A stretch of DNA of 64,000 nucleotides from a virus (Duplodnaviria > Caudoviricetes), in the IMG/VR virus record IMGVR_UViG_3300025167_000006, positions 1 to 64,000 of that record, one strand, 5' to 3'. This document shows, one piece after another, positions 48,258 through 57,071 of this stretch. A program made the translations under genes and the position numbers. Position 1 is the stretch's first letter; the number at the start of each line of letters is the position of its first letter. The notes under the pieces were generated by a model. The model ran no database searches. It was not told where the DNA came from and saw nothing but the letters and a program-made list of their open reading frames with translations.

Positions 48258-48835
48258 TCGACTGCTCTCCTTTCAGAGCACTTCCACCGTTGCTCAACGG
48301 TTTCTATTCGAGCGTCTGGACCTATTCCAGTGCTCGGGTCTGCATCCCACAGCAGAACATTGACTTCTTCCACGTCCCTGGTTGAGGACAGGTGAAGTCG
48401 TCGTACTGCATCTTGGGGGTTGAGCAGCCCTCCAGGTTGTTGTGCCCGAAGTAGTAGCTCTCTTTCGTACAGGTCGTCGACCATGTCGAAGGAGTCCATG
48501 CACAACCCTACCCATCCTTCTTCTTCTGCGTTGATCCCAGGGTATGTAGAATCTAGCCAGGGGCACCACGAGTTAGGCCGTGCCAAGTCGATCAGCAGCT
48601 CGAAGTCTCTCTGGTTGCAGAAGGTGACGAACCCTTTCTGGTCAATCAGCTTTATGCGAACTCCTCCGATGGCCAGCCCAGGTATTGGGGAGTAGACGGC
48701 GCACACGCGCCAGAACCGCCCAGTCTGCTTCGGGTCTTCTACGACCGCATTCAGCAGACCAAGCTGGTTCTGTAACACGCGCGTGCCCGGTATTACTTGT
48801 AGGAGCTCACCCTGCTGGCTTGGATTTATGAGCAT
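48242..48835 (-). CDS. Hypothetical protein
   Basis: ATG 48835 (MLINPSQ); overlaps the next gene. Confidence 0.6.
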   Translation of the reverse strand: MLINPSQQGELLQVIPGTRVLQNQLGLLNAVVEDPKQTGRFWRVCAVYSPIPGLAIGGVRIKLIDQKGFVTFCNQRDFELLIDLARPNSWCPWLDSTYPGINAEEEGWVGLCMDSFDMVDDLYERELLLRAQQPGGLLNPQDAVRRLHLSSTRDVEEVNVLLWDADPSTGIGPDARIETVEQRWKCSERRAVEWARL

Positions 48836-48908
48836 GCCACTTGTCCAGCATCCACAAGGCAATCCCATTGAAGAGACCAGCGAGTAAACTCCACAGAAAG
48901 GTCATCTG

Positions 48909-49058
48909 CTACGGCCCCTCGTCCTCTTCATCGTCATCCTCGTCCTCTTCATCCTCCTCTTCGGAGTCGTCGTTCGGGATTGCGAAGATGTCTTCCACCG
49001 CCTCGGCCAGGCGGTTGTGGTCTTCTAGCTCCACTTTTTTCTCCTTCTTCGTGGACAT
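48909..49058 (-). CDS. Small, highly acidic 49-aa protein
   Basis: GGAGAAAC-ATG; MSTKKEKK...DDSEEEDEEDEDDDEEDEGP. Confidence 0.65.
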   Translation of the reverse strand: MSTKKEKKVELEDHNRLAEAVEDIFAIPNDDSEEEDEEDEDDDEEDEGP

Positions 49059-49092
49059 GTTTCTCCATGTGGGCGATCGACGCCCCTTCAAA

Positions 49093-49149
49093 GTTCTTAT
49101 CCCTGGTTCCCCTATGTTCTTGCAGCCGCAACGGGGCATGGGGTACGCT
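49093..49149. promoter_or_regulatory. Divergent promoter region between the accessory operon and the RNAP gene
   Basis: - strand GGGATAAGAAC (49093-49103); + strand TTGCAG(49120-49125)-N18-TACGCT(49144-49149), 11 nt before ATG. Confidence 0.5.
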
Positions 49150-49160
49150 AGAGCGAGCGC

Positions 49161-52100
49161 ATGGCATACCTGAACACGGTCGACGCCTACACAGATCTGA
49201 AGGCTGGCGTATTGAAGGGGATTCATGCCAACTTTCCCCTCGAGGGGAAGAAGCAATCGATCCACTTGGAGGGGCTCACCGTACGCGACGAGAAGTTCGA
49301 CCCGAACGACATCGAGGCCCAACATCAGGCCCGCATGGAGGGTAAGACGTGGGCGTCTCCCGTGTTCGGTCAGCTGGTGTTGAAGGACAACCAGACCGGG
49401 AACGTCATCGACCGTCAAAGCGTCAAGCTGGCGGACATCCCGCACATGACGAAGCGGTACAGCTACATCGTCGATGGCAAGGAGATCCAAGTCGACAACC
49501 AGTGGCAGCTGAAGCCTGGTGTGTACACGCGCCGTCGTGCCAACGGTGAGCTCGAAACGCAGTTCAACTCCCCCAACCGCGCGTTCCACATGCACTTCGA
49601 CCCGGAGTCGAAGATCTTCCACATGGAACGCGGTAAGTCGGGGAAGATTCCGGTGTACCCATTGATGAAGGCAATGGGCGTCGATGACGACACGCTGGAG
49701 AAGAGCTGGGGGAAAGAGGTTCTGAAGGTAAACCAAGGGCAGCGTGCGGTCAGCACAGCCCTAGAGCGCTTCTTCAAGGCAGACAGGAAGCGCGCCCCCA
49801 CTGACAAGAAGGAAGCTCTGGACTACTTCCATCAGTCGATGCGGGAGACAACGTTCGACCCGGAGTCAACGGAGATCACGCTCGGTCATCCGCACAAGAG
49901 CTTGACGGGAGACGTGTTCACGGCCGTCACCAAGAAGATGCTCGACGTGCAGAACGGGAGCGTCCCAGAAGATGAACGCGATGCTCTGGTGTTCAAGAGT
50001 CTGAGAACCACTGCCGACTTCGCGCATGACAAGCTCACGGCGTGGAACACGCGTAAGCAGATACTTCCCAAGGTGAATCGAAAGATCAACACTGCCAGGA
50101 ACATCAGGGAGGTCGTCAAGGGGGCGTTGTTCAACGGTGCCGTAAAGTCCACGTTCACCGCTAACGCGTTGGCTCGCACGGCAGACCAGGTGAACCCGTT
50201 GGAGATGATGGAGGGCGCCTTCCAGACAACAGTCATGGGGCCCGGTGGTATTCAGAGCGAGCGCAGCGTAAGCGAAGAGGCGAAGCTCATCAGCGAGAGC
50301 CACTTTGGCTTTCTGGACCCGATACACACCCCGGAGGGGAACAAGACGGGTGTGACGCTCCATCTCCCGCTGGGAGTTGTGAAGGAAGGGAACAAGCCGA
50401 CCATTCCCGTGTTCAACATGCGGACGGGTCAGGCGGAACGCATCGATCCCGTGACGTTCTACAAGTCCAAGGTCGCACTCCCCGACCAAGTGAAGTGGCA
50501 AGGAGGGAAGCCTGTAGCGCTATCCAAGGAGGTTCAGCTTTCAGACCGTGGGAACGCGGTCATAGCTGGCGGCCTGCATACCGCAGACTACGTGATGCGC
50601 TCGCCCAGTCAGTTGTTCAGCACGGCATCAAACCTCATTCCGTGGCTTGGCAGCAACTCCGGCAACCGTGCTAGCTATGCCGACACGCAGATGAAGCAGG
50701 CCATCTCCTTGAAGCACAGGGAGGCACCGTTGGTTCAGACGGCTACTGGAACCAAGGCTGCTGGGCTTGATACGTTCGAGGGGTTCTTGGGGTCGCAGTC
50801 TGCGCATGTAGCGCCTGTCGGTGGTACGGTCACGACCGTCAACAAGAACCACATCTTGGTGCGCGGTGATGACGGCAAAGAGCGCAAGGTATCCCTCTAC
50901 AACAACTTCCCCTTGAACGACCCAAAGGCTGTTCTGGACTCCACGGCCGTGGTGAAGGTCGGGCAGAAGGTCACCCGTGGGCAGGTTGTTGCGGACAACA
51001 ACTTCACGCGGGACGGGAAGTTGGCTCTGGGTACCAACCTCCGGGTTGGTTACTTGCCGTACAAAGGACAGAACTTTGAGGACGGCGTGGTCATCAGCCG
51101 CAGCGCTGCGGAGAAGATGACCTCAGTGCACATGCACAAGCCAGAGATTCAGCTTGCCGACACTACCATCACGGACGCTCGTCGGTTCGCGATTCATCAT
51201 CCAGAGGCGTTCACGAGAGATCAGCTAGCCAAAGTTGGTGAGAACGGCATCGTGCAGGTGGGTCAAAAGGTGAAGCCTGGAGACCCCTTAGTGTTGGCGA
51301 CGAAGCCGTACGACTTGAAAGGGCGGGACAGCATCGCGGCTGTGCGCAGGAGCTTGTCGACGCAGCAGTCCAACTCCAGCCTAACGTGGAAGAGCGACTT
51401 CCCTGGTGAGGTGGTGGGGGTGCATCGGGACAAGAGTGGAAACGTCCGGGTGCACGTGCGCACCGAAGAGCCGATGCAGATTGGCGACAAGCTCACAGGC
51501 CGCGCCGGCAACAAGGGGATCGTCACCAACATCCTGGAAGACCACGAGATGCCGCGCACGCAGAGCGGGCATCTTGAGGTGCTGCTCAACCCCGCTGGCA
51601 TTCCTGGTCGTATGAACATGGGCCAGGTGTTCGAGACGGTGGCCTCAAAGATCGCCCGCAAGACAGGGCAGCCCTACGTGGTTCAGAACTTCGAGCATGG
51701 GGTCGACCAGCTGGCGAGGATAAAGGCGGACCTTGCCAAGCACGGGATCCCAGACCAGGAAGAGGTTCATGACCCCATCTCCGGAAGGAGCTTGGGGAAG
51801 GCGCTGGTTGGTGAGCAGCACCTGTTCAAGCTGAACTTTCAGGTGGACAAGAAGATCAGCGCCAGGGCTGGCAACGTGCTTGAGGGTAACGAGCCGGAGT
51901 TCTACGACAACAACCTCATCCCTGCTGGAGGTGGAAAGACGGGTGCGCAGAGCCTTGGCAACCTCGCGCTTTACTCGATGCTCTCGCACGGGGCCACGGC
52001 GAACATCAGGGAGATGCAGACGCTGAAGAGTGAGGGCCCTGACGTCCGCTATGGGGGGAAGAAGTGGGACAGTCAGCACCAGCAGGTGTGGAACGCCATT

Positions 52101-55100
52101 CAGACCGGCGAGAGAATCCCGGCCCCCAAGAAGACCTTCGCGTTCCAGAAGTTCGAGGACATGCTCCGAGCTTCAGGCGTCGACGTGGTCAAGAAGGGGC
52201 ACCGTCTGCAGCTGACGCCGCTGACGAACTCGCAGGTGCTGGCGATGAGCTCGGGCGAGGTAAAAGATCCCACGTCTCTCACGTACTCGAAGTTGGACAA
52301 GTCGGGGGAACCGGCTCCGATTCCCGGTGGGTTGTTCGATCCCAAACTGACGGGCGGACATGGCGGGCGCAAGTGGACGCACATGAAGCTCGCAGAGCCC
52401 ATGCCGAACCCGGTGTTCGAGGGGGCCATCCAGAAGGTGCTTGGGATGGGCACGAAGAACTACTCGGCAATCGTCAATGGAGAGCGGGCCGTAAAGGACG
52501 GCAAGCTGGTGGAGCTGGATACACCGGGGTCGATGGCGGGTGGAGCAGCCATCGCGCACATGCTCAGCCAGATCGATACGAAGACGGAGCTAGAGAAGGC
52601 GAAGAAGGAGCTGGCAGCAGTCCGTATCCCAGACCAGCTAGCGCACCGTGACAGCACCACTAAGCTGGACCAGGCGTACAAGCGCGTGAAGTACCTGCAG
52701 GCGCTGGACAACGCAGGCATCACGGCAAAGGACGCCTACACGTTGCACAACTTGCCCATCATTCCTCCGGCGATGCGTCCAGCGTCTGTACTCCCTGATG
52801 GGTCCATCAAGTGGGACGACATCAACGGGATGTACAAGCGTCTTGGCGAGAACAACGTCGAGATGAAGCACGAGAACTTCATGACGTACTTGCCAGATTC
52901 TAGGAAGGCGGAGTTCCGCGCTGAGATGTACGATGGCCTGAAGGCCCTGATGGGCGTTGGCACGTCGAAGTCGGAGGATGAGAACGAGTCGCGCGGGTTG
53001 TTCCAGCAGATAGCGGGGGCCAATCCCAAGCGCGGCTACTTCCAAGGGACGCTGCTGAAGCGCCGTCAGGACATGACGATGCGCGGAACTATCACGCCCG
53101 ATGCCGGGATGGGCCTAGACAACGTAGGCATTCCGCAGGACAAGGCGCTGACTCTTTTCAGGCCCTTCGTGACCAGGAAGCTCGTGGAGATGGGGTCCGC
53201 ACCTTCTCCACTGGACGCGCACAAGATGCTGTCGCAGAAGGGCGTTAAGGACAGGTCGGTGTACCGCGCACTGGATCTGGTGATGGAGGAGCGCCCGGTG
53301 CTTCTAAAGAGAGACCCGGCGCTGCACAAGCACAGCATTCAGGCGTTCAAGGCACACCGCGTTCCTGGAAAGTCGATTATGATCCACCCGCTAGTAACGG
53401 GCGGCTTTGGGGCGGACTTCGATGGTGACTCGTGCCTCGGGTCTATTCTGTGCTATACCGTAGAAATGGCGCACGCTGGTTCTGTGGCGTCCTTCAAGGT
53501 TATCGACTTGGCTGACTTTCCACGGGTGGAGGAGTCACGTCGAGAGTTGCCTAACGGCGTGGTTGAGTACGATGTACCAGCGCAAGTTTACGTTCCAGGT
53601 TATCGCAACGGGAGCGTTAGGTTGTTCGAAGCGACCGGGTATTCGGTGCATCAAGATTGTGAAGAATGGATTGTAACAACCCGTGGGGGACGAGAGATTC
53701 GCTGCTCTTCTGATCATTCATTGGCGCTGCTGAACCCAAACAGCTTTGCTGTGGAACAGACACCTCCCAGGGGCAGCGTTGGGCTTTGTATGCCCATCAT
53801 GCGGGACCTGAAGGATGGGTTGTGGGGTAGCGCCGCGGGCAACGCGTCCGGGAGTGCGTTTGCCAATGATATGGTGGAAGTCTTTGACTTCAACTTTAAC
53901 AACGGGTGGTTTTTGGGTGTGTTGTGTGGGGACGGGTGGGTGTCTGGATCTAGTGAGCATCGTCAAGTGTCTCTGTCCCACGGATCTTTGAATCGCAACG
54001 TTGTTCAATGCTGGGAGAGTCTTGCGCGCTATCTGGGCGGTACCAACACGGTGACTAAGACAGAGATGCCTCATGAGTTTGAGGGTGTGCAGTGCCTGTC
54101 AGCCCGAGCAACCATTTCGTGCACAGCTTTTGGCAACTGGCTTCTTCCAATGATTGGGCATGGGGCCCGCGGTAAACATCTTCCAGAGCGCTTTTTGGAG
54201 ACGCCAGTTGAGTTCCGTCGGGGTATGTTTATCGGACTTATCGATACGGATGGTACCGCCTGCTGGAGTGCTGGTAGCGAAAAGAAGAAGCCGCAGTTTT
54301 CGCTGTCCTTCACGACCACAAGCGAGCGCTTGGCACATGAAGCGGTTCTTCTCGGGTTGTCGCTGGGAGTAGGTTCTGGGTCGTCGGAGTACGTAAACCG
54401 AGAGCGTCCGGTTTGGATCGTGACGTTTTCAATACCGATGGTGAAGGCAGCACTCCATTGGCTGAAGCTGGTGGATACAGGCAAGCAGCAGGCACTGGAT
54501 AGATTGGCTGAAGAAGCAGTCGGTGCCTCATCTACAGACGTGGTTCCGCTAGTACCATCCGTGGTGATGGCTCTTCTCAAAGAGCTGCGCAAAATGGGAG
54601 CGGCTCGTAAGGGTAAAAATAGGAACAACCAAGCATTTACTTGGTACACCTCCGTTAAAGCTACTTCTGGGTACATGCTTCGAGATACAGCTAGGCGGAT
54701 ACTTGACGCCATCAAAGATCTTCCAGGAGAGCTATCCCCATGGGCACAGGTCGTTGCTAACGAGTCTGTGGGCTGGGACATCGTGGAGTCAGCGTCTCCT
54801 ACTGGGGAAGTTCGTACAATGTATGATCTTACGGTCCCAGAATCGTTGACGTTCACGATGATGAACGGAGCAGTCGTGTGGGACACCATGGCGGTGTACG
54901 TCCCGATGTCTTCAGAGGCTGTTCGTGAAGCGCACGGCATGCTGCCCTCGAACAACCTGTACAACGAGGGCTCCGGGAAGGTGGAGTTCAGGCCCACGAA
55001 TGAGGCAGCGCTTGGCCTCTACAAGATGTCCAGGGTGACCGGCACCAGCAGCCAGAAGTTCAAGGACCCCACTGAGCTGTTGATTGCAGCCCGTGATGGG

Positions 55101-57071
55101 AAGATCGAGCCCACTGTTGTTGCCAACGTGGGCGGCATGCGCACCACGGCGGGCAGGGTGCTGATGTCGAGCGCTCTTCCGGACGCGTTGCAGAAGCGCG
55201 TTTTGGAAGATCACTCGTTCATGTTTGACAAGAAGGGCATCGATCACCTGTACACGCGGCTGGCCAAGGAGCACAAGGATTCGTTCGCTGATTCGGCCAC
55301 GAGCCTCATGCGAATGGGGTACGACGCCGCCTTCGGCGTGGTGAAGATCCAGAACCCAGCCACCAAGGGCACTCCGTTTCTTGTTGAGAAGGAAGCTGAA
55401 GACCCCAAGAAGCACGTCCAGTACATCTCGTTCGGCACGCACTCCTTCGGCTTGGACGACTTCAGCCCTGAGAAGGGGATTCGTCAGAAGCACGTTGCTG
55501 AAGCCCAGAAGAAGATCCGTACCATCGACCGCTCTTCCGGCTTGAGCCACAAGGAAAAGGATCGACGCAAGGTAGAAGCGTGGTACGACGCTACTGAGGG
55601 CATGCTGCGCGAAGCGGTAGACAAATCCAAGTCCTCTCCCAGCAACTTCATGATGATGAATCACGCGGGTCTGAAGCCCACACACGACAACGTGCAGCAG
55701 CTTCGGCTGGCGCCCATGATGATCGTCAACGCGCAGAACCAAGTGCGCCCCAACCCCATTCTCACCAGCTACTCAGAGGGCCTGAGCGTGGGCGACTACT
55801 GGACGCAGCAGTCCGGAGCGCGGCGTGGTTCCGTGTTGAAGGTTCAGGAAGTAATTGGACCTGGGGCGTTCACTAAGCAGTTGATGAACACCGCCATGGG
55901 GTTGATGATCGACGCCGATGACTGTGGCACCAGCCGCGGTATCTCGGTGCATGTGGGCGACAAGGACATTTACGACCGGCACCTTGCAAGCGACGTGCAC
56001 ATCAAGGGAAGGACGTACGTCGCCGGTACGGTGCTCACACCGGATATCGTTGGGGCTATCAGGTCTGCGGACAAGAACGCCAGGCTTGAAGTGCGCAGCC
56101 CGTTGAAGTGCGAGCATGGGTCTGGGCTGTGCCAAAAGTGTGCTGGGTTGGCTCCAAACGGGTCGTACTTCAACAAGGGCACCAACCTTGGGGTGATCGC
56201 CACGCAATCATTGGGGGAGCGCTCGTCTCAGCTGACGTTGAAGGCGTTCCACAGCGGTGGCATCGCGAAGCGTGGCCCGCAGATGGTCAACGACTTCAAG
56301 CGCGTGACGCAGCTGTGCGAGCTGCCTAAGACCATCCCGAACTCCGCTCGCTTGTCCATGAAGTCCGGCACCATAGAGAAGATCGAGAACGACCCGACCG
56401 GCGTCAACGTCTGGGTAGGCGGGGTGAAGCACCACGTTCCAAAGGACCAGTTCGGCAGCCCGTTGTGGCAAGCGTCGCCGGGGCAGCAGTCGAAGCCGTG
56501 GCAGCCACCGAAGGTCGGCATGAAGGTGGTTGCGGGGCAGCCGCTATCCGATCCAAATCGCACCGACATCAACCCGCATGACCTGTACAAGGCCACAGGC
56601 AGCATGGAGAAGGTGCAAAACCACCTGGTGTCCGAGCTACACGGGATCTTCGGTCCGGAGGGTGTCCGTCGTCAGCACATCGAGACGGTGGTGAAGGCGA
56701 TGAGCAATCTTACTAGAGTGACGGACCCTGGCGACGCTCCAGACATCATCAAGGGTGAGTTCGCAGCTACAAGCAAGCTTGGTGCAACGAACCGCGACCT
56801 GAAGAAGCGGGGGCTTCAGCCCGCTACGCACACGCCCGTTTTGAAGGGCATCAAGGTTCTTCCGCTGGAGGTTCAAGAGGACTGGATGGCCAAGCTGAAC
56901 CACAGCTACTTGAAGAGCAGCTTGGCTGAGTCTGCTGCTACAGGGGCTTCATCCAACTTGCACGGGACGCATCCCATCCCAGGCATCGCGTACGGCGCTG
57001 AGTTTGGGATGAATGAGCGACACCGGGTGTTCAAGCCGCACTTGGCTGACGTGAAGAGCTGGCACTACTGA
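49161..57071 (+). CDS. rpoBC: Single-chain fused beta-beta' DNA-dependent RNA polymerase (phage-encoded) with an intein
   Basis: Beta motifs: DQVNP..GPGG, HTPEG, NFED, GDKLTGRAGNKG, LNPAGIPGRMNMGQ. Beta' motifs: SSGEV, GLFD, LPIIPPAMRP, RDPALH, ADFDGD, GARRG, RSPLKC..CQKC, QSLGERSSQLTLKAFHSGG, HIE. Confidence 0.95.
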   Translation: MAYLNTVDAYTDLKAGVLKGIHANFPLEGKKQSIHLEGLTVRDEKFDPNDIEAQHQARMEGKTWASPVFGQLVLKDNQTGNVIDRQSVKLADIPHMTKRYSYIVDGKEIQVDNQWQLKPGVYTRRRANGELETQFNSPNRAFHMHFDPESKIFHMERGKSGKIPVYPLMKAMGVDDDTLEKSWGKEVLKVNQGQRAVSTALERFFKADRKRAPTDKKEALDYFHQSMRETTFDPESTEITLGHPHKSLTGDVFTAVTKKMLDVQNGSVPEDERDALVFKSLRTTADFAHDKLTAWNTRKQILPKVNRKINTARNIREVVKGALFNGAVKSTFTANALARTADQVNPLEMMEGAFQTTVMGPGGIQSERSVSEEAKLISESHFGFLDPIHTPEGNKTGVTLHLPLGVVKEGNKPTIPVFNMRTGQAERIDPVTFYKSKVALPDQVKWQGGKPVALSKEVQLSDRGNAVIAGGLHTADYVMRSPSQLFSTASNLIPWLGSNSGNRASYADTQMKQAISLKHREAPLVQTATGTKAAGLDTFEGFLGSQSAHVAPVGGTVTTVNKNHILVRGDDGKERKVSLYNNFPLNDPKAVLDSTAVVKVGQKVTRGQVVADNNFTRDGKLALGTNLRVGYLPYKGQNFEDGVVISRSAAEKMTSVHMHKPEIQLADTTITDARRFAIHHPEAFTRDQLAKVGENGIVQVGQKVKPGDPLVLATKPYDLKGRDSIAAVRRSLSTQQSNSSLTWKSDFPGEVVGVHRDKSGNVRVHVRTEEPMQIGDKLTGRAGNKGIVTNILEDHEMPRTQSGHLEVLLNPAGIPGRMNMGQVFETVASKIARKTGQPYVVQNFEHGVDQLARIKADLAKHGIPDQEEVHDPISGRSLGKALVGEQHLFKLNFQVDKKISARAGNVLEGNEPEFYDNNLIPAGGGKTGAQSLGNLALYSMLSHGATANIREMQTLKSEGPDVRYGGKKWDSQHQQVWNAIQTGERIPAPKKTFAFQKFEDMLRASGVDVVKKGHRLQLTPLTNSQVLAMSSGEVKDPTSLTYSKLDKSGEPAPIPGGLFDPKLTGGHGGRKWTHMKLAEPMPNPVFEGAIQKVLGMGTKNYSAIVNGERAVKDGKLVELDTPGSMAGGAAIAHMLSQIDTKTELEKAKKELAAVRIPDQLAHRDSTTKLDQAYKRVKYLQALDNAGITAKDAYTLHNLPIIPPAMRPASVLPDGSIKWDDINGMYKRLGENNVEMKHENFMTYLPDSRKAEFRAEMYDGLKALMGVGTSKSEDENESRGLFQQIAGANPKRGYFQGTLLKRRQDMTMRGTITPDAGMGLDNVGIPQDKALTLFRPFVTRKLVEMGSAPSPLDAHKMLSQKGVKDRSVYRALDLVMEERPVLLKRDPALHKHSIQAFKAHRVPGKSIMIHPLVTGGFGADFDGDSCLGSILCYTVEMAHAGSVASFKVIDLADFPRVEESRRELPNGVVEYDVPAQVYVPGYRNGSVRLFEATGYSVHQDCEEWIVTTRGGREIRCSSDHSLALLNPNSFAVEQTPPRGSVGLCMPIMRDLKDGLWGSAAGNASGSAFANDMVEVFDFNFNNGWFLGVLCGDGWVSGSSEHRQVSLSHGSLNRNVVQCWESLARYLGGTNTVTKTEMPHEFEGVQCLSARATISCTAFGNWLLPMIGHGARGKHLPERFLETPVEFRRGMFIGLIDTDGTACWSAGSEKKKPQFSLSFTTTSERLAHEAVLLGLSLGVGSGSSEYVNRERPVWIVTFSIPMVKAALHWLKLVDTGKQQALDRLAEEAVGASSTDVVPLVPSVVMALLKELRKMGAARKGKNRNNQAFTWYTSVKATSGYMLRDTARRILDAIKDLPGELSPWAQVVANESVGWDIVESASPTGEVRTMYDLTVPESLTFTMMNGAVVWDTMAVYVPMSSEAVREAHGMLPSNNLYNEGSGKVEFRPTNEAALGLYKMSRVTGTSSQKFKDPTELLIAARDGKIEPTVVANVGGMRTTAGRVLMSSALPDALQKRVLEDHSFMFDKKGIDHLYTRLAKEHKDSFADSATSLMRMGYDAAFGVVKIQNPATKGTPFLVEKEAEDPKKHVQYISFGTHSFGLDDFSPEKGIRQKHVAEAQKKIRTIDRSSGLSHKEKDRRKVEAWYDATEGMLREAVDKSKSSPSNFMMMNHAGLKPTHDNVQQLRLAPMMIVNAQNQVRPNPILTSYSEGLSVGDYWTQQSGARRGSVLKVQEVIGPGAFTKQLMNTAMGLMIDADDCGTSRGISVHVGDKDIYDRHLASDVHIKGRTYVAGTVLTPDIVGAIRSADKNARLEVRSPLKCEHGSGLCQKCAGLAPNGSYFNKGTNLGVIATQSLGERSSQLTLKAFHSGGIAKRGPQMVNDFKRVTQLCELPKTIPNSARLSMKSGTIEKIENDPTGVNVWVGGVKHHVPKDQFGSPLWQASPGQQSKPWQPPKVGMKVVAGQPLSDPNRTDINPHDLYKATGSMEKVQNHLVSELHGIFGPEGVRRQHIETVVKAMSNLTRVTDPGDAPDIIKGEFAATSKLGATNRDLKKRGLQPATHTPVLKGIKVLPLEVQEDWMAKLNHSYLKSSLAESAATGASSNLHGTHPIPGIAYGAEFGMNERHRVFKPHLADVKSWHY
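53430..54884 (+). mobile_element. Intein (485 aa) with LAGLIDADG endonuclease, inserted right after the catalytic DFDGD
   Basis: Starts SCLG, block B SSDH, LCGDG and GLIDTDG, block F MYDLTV, ends VVWD/T. Removal restores ADFDGD-TMAVYVP. Codon usage is more AT-rich than the flanks. Confidence 0.9.

Noticed and set aside
49161-57071. Host chromosomal rpoBC (bacterial contig or chimera)
   Set aside because: No ribosomal-protein neighbours; the gene is shortened and diverged, flanked by phage genes, and overlaps the spike gene.
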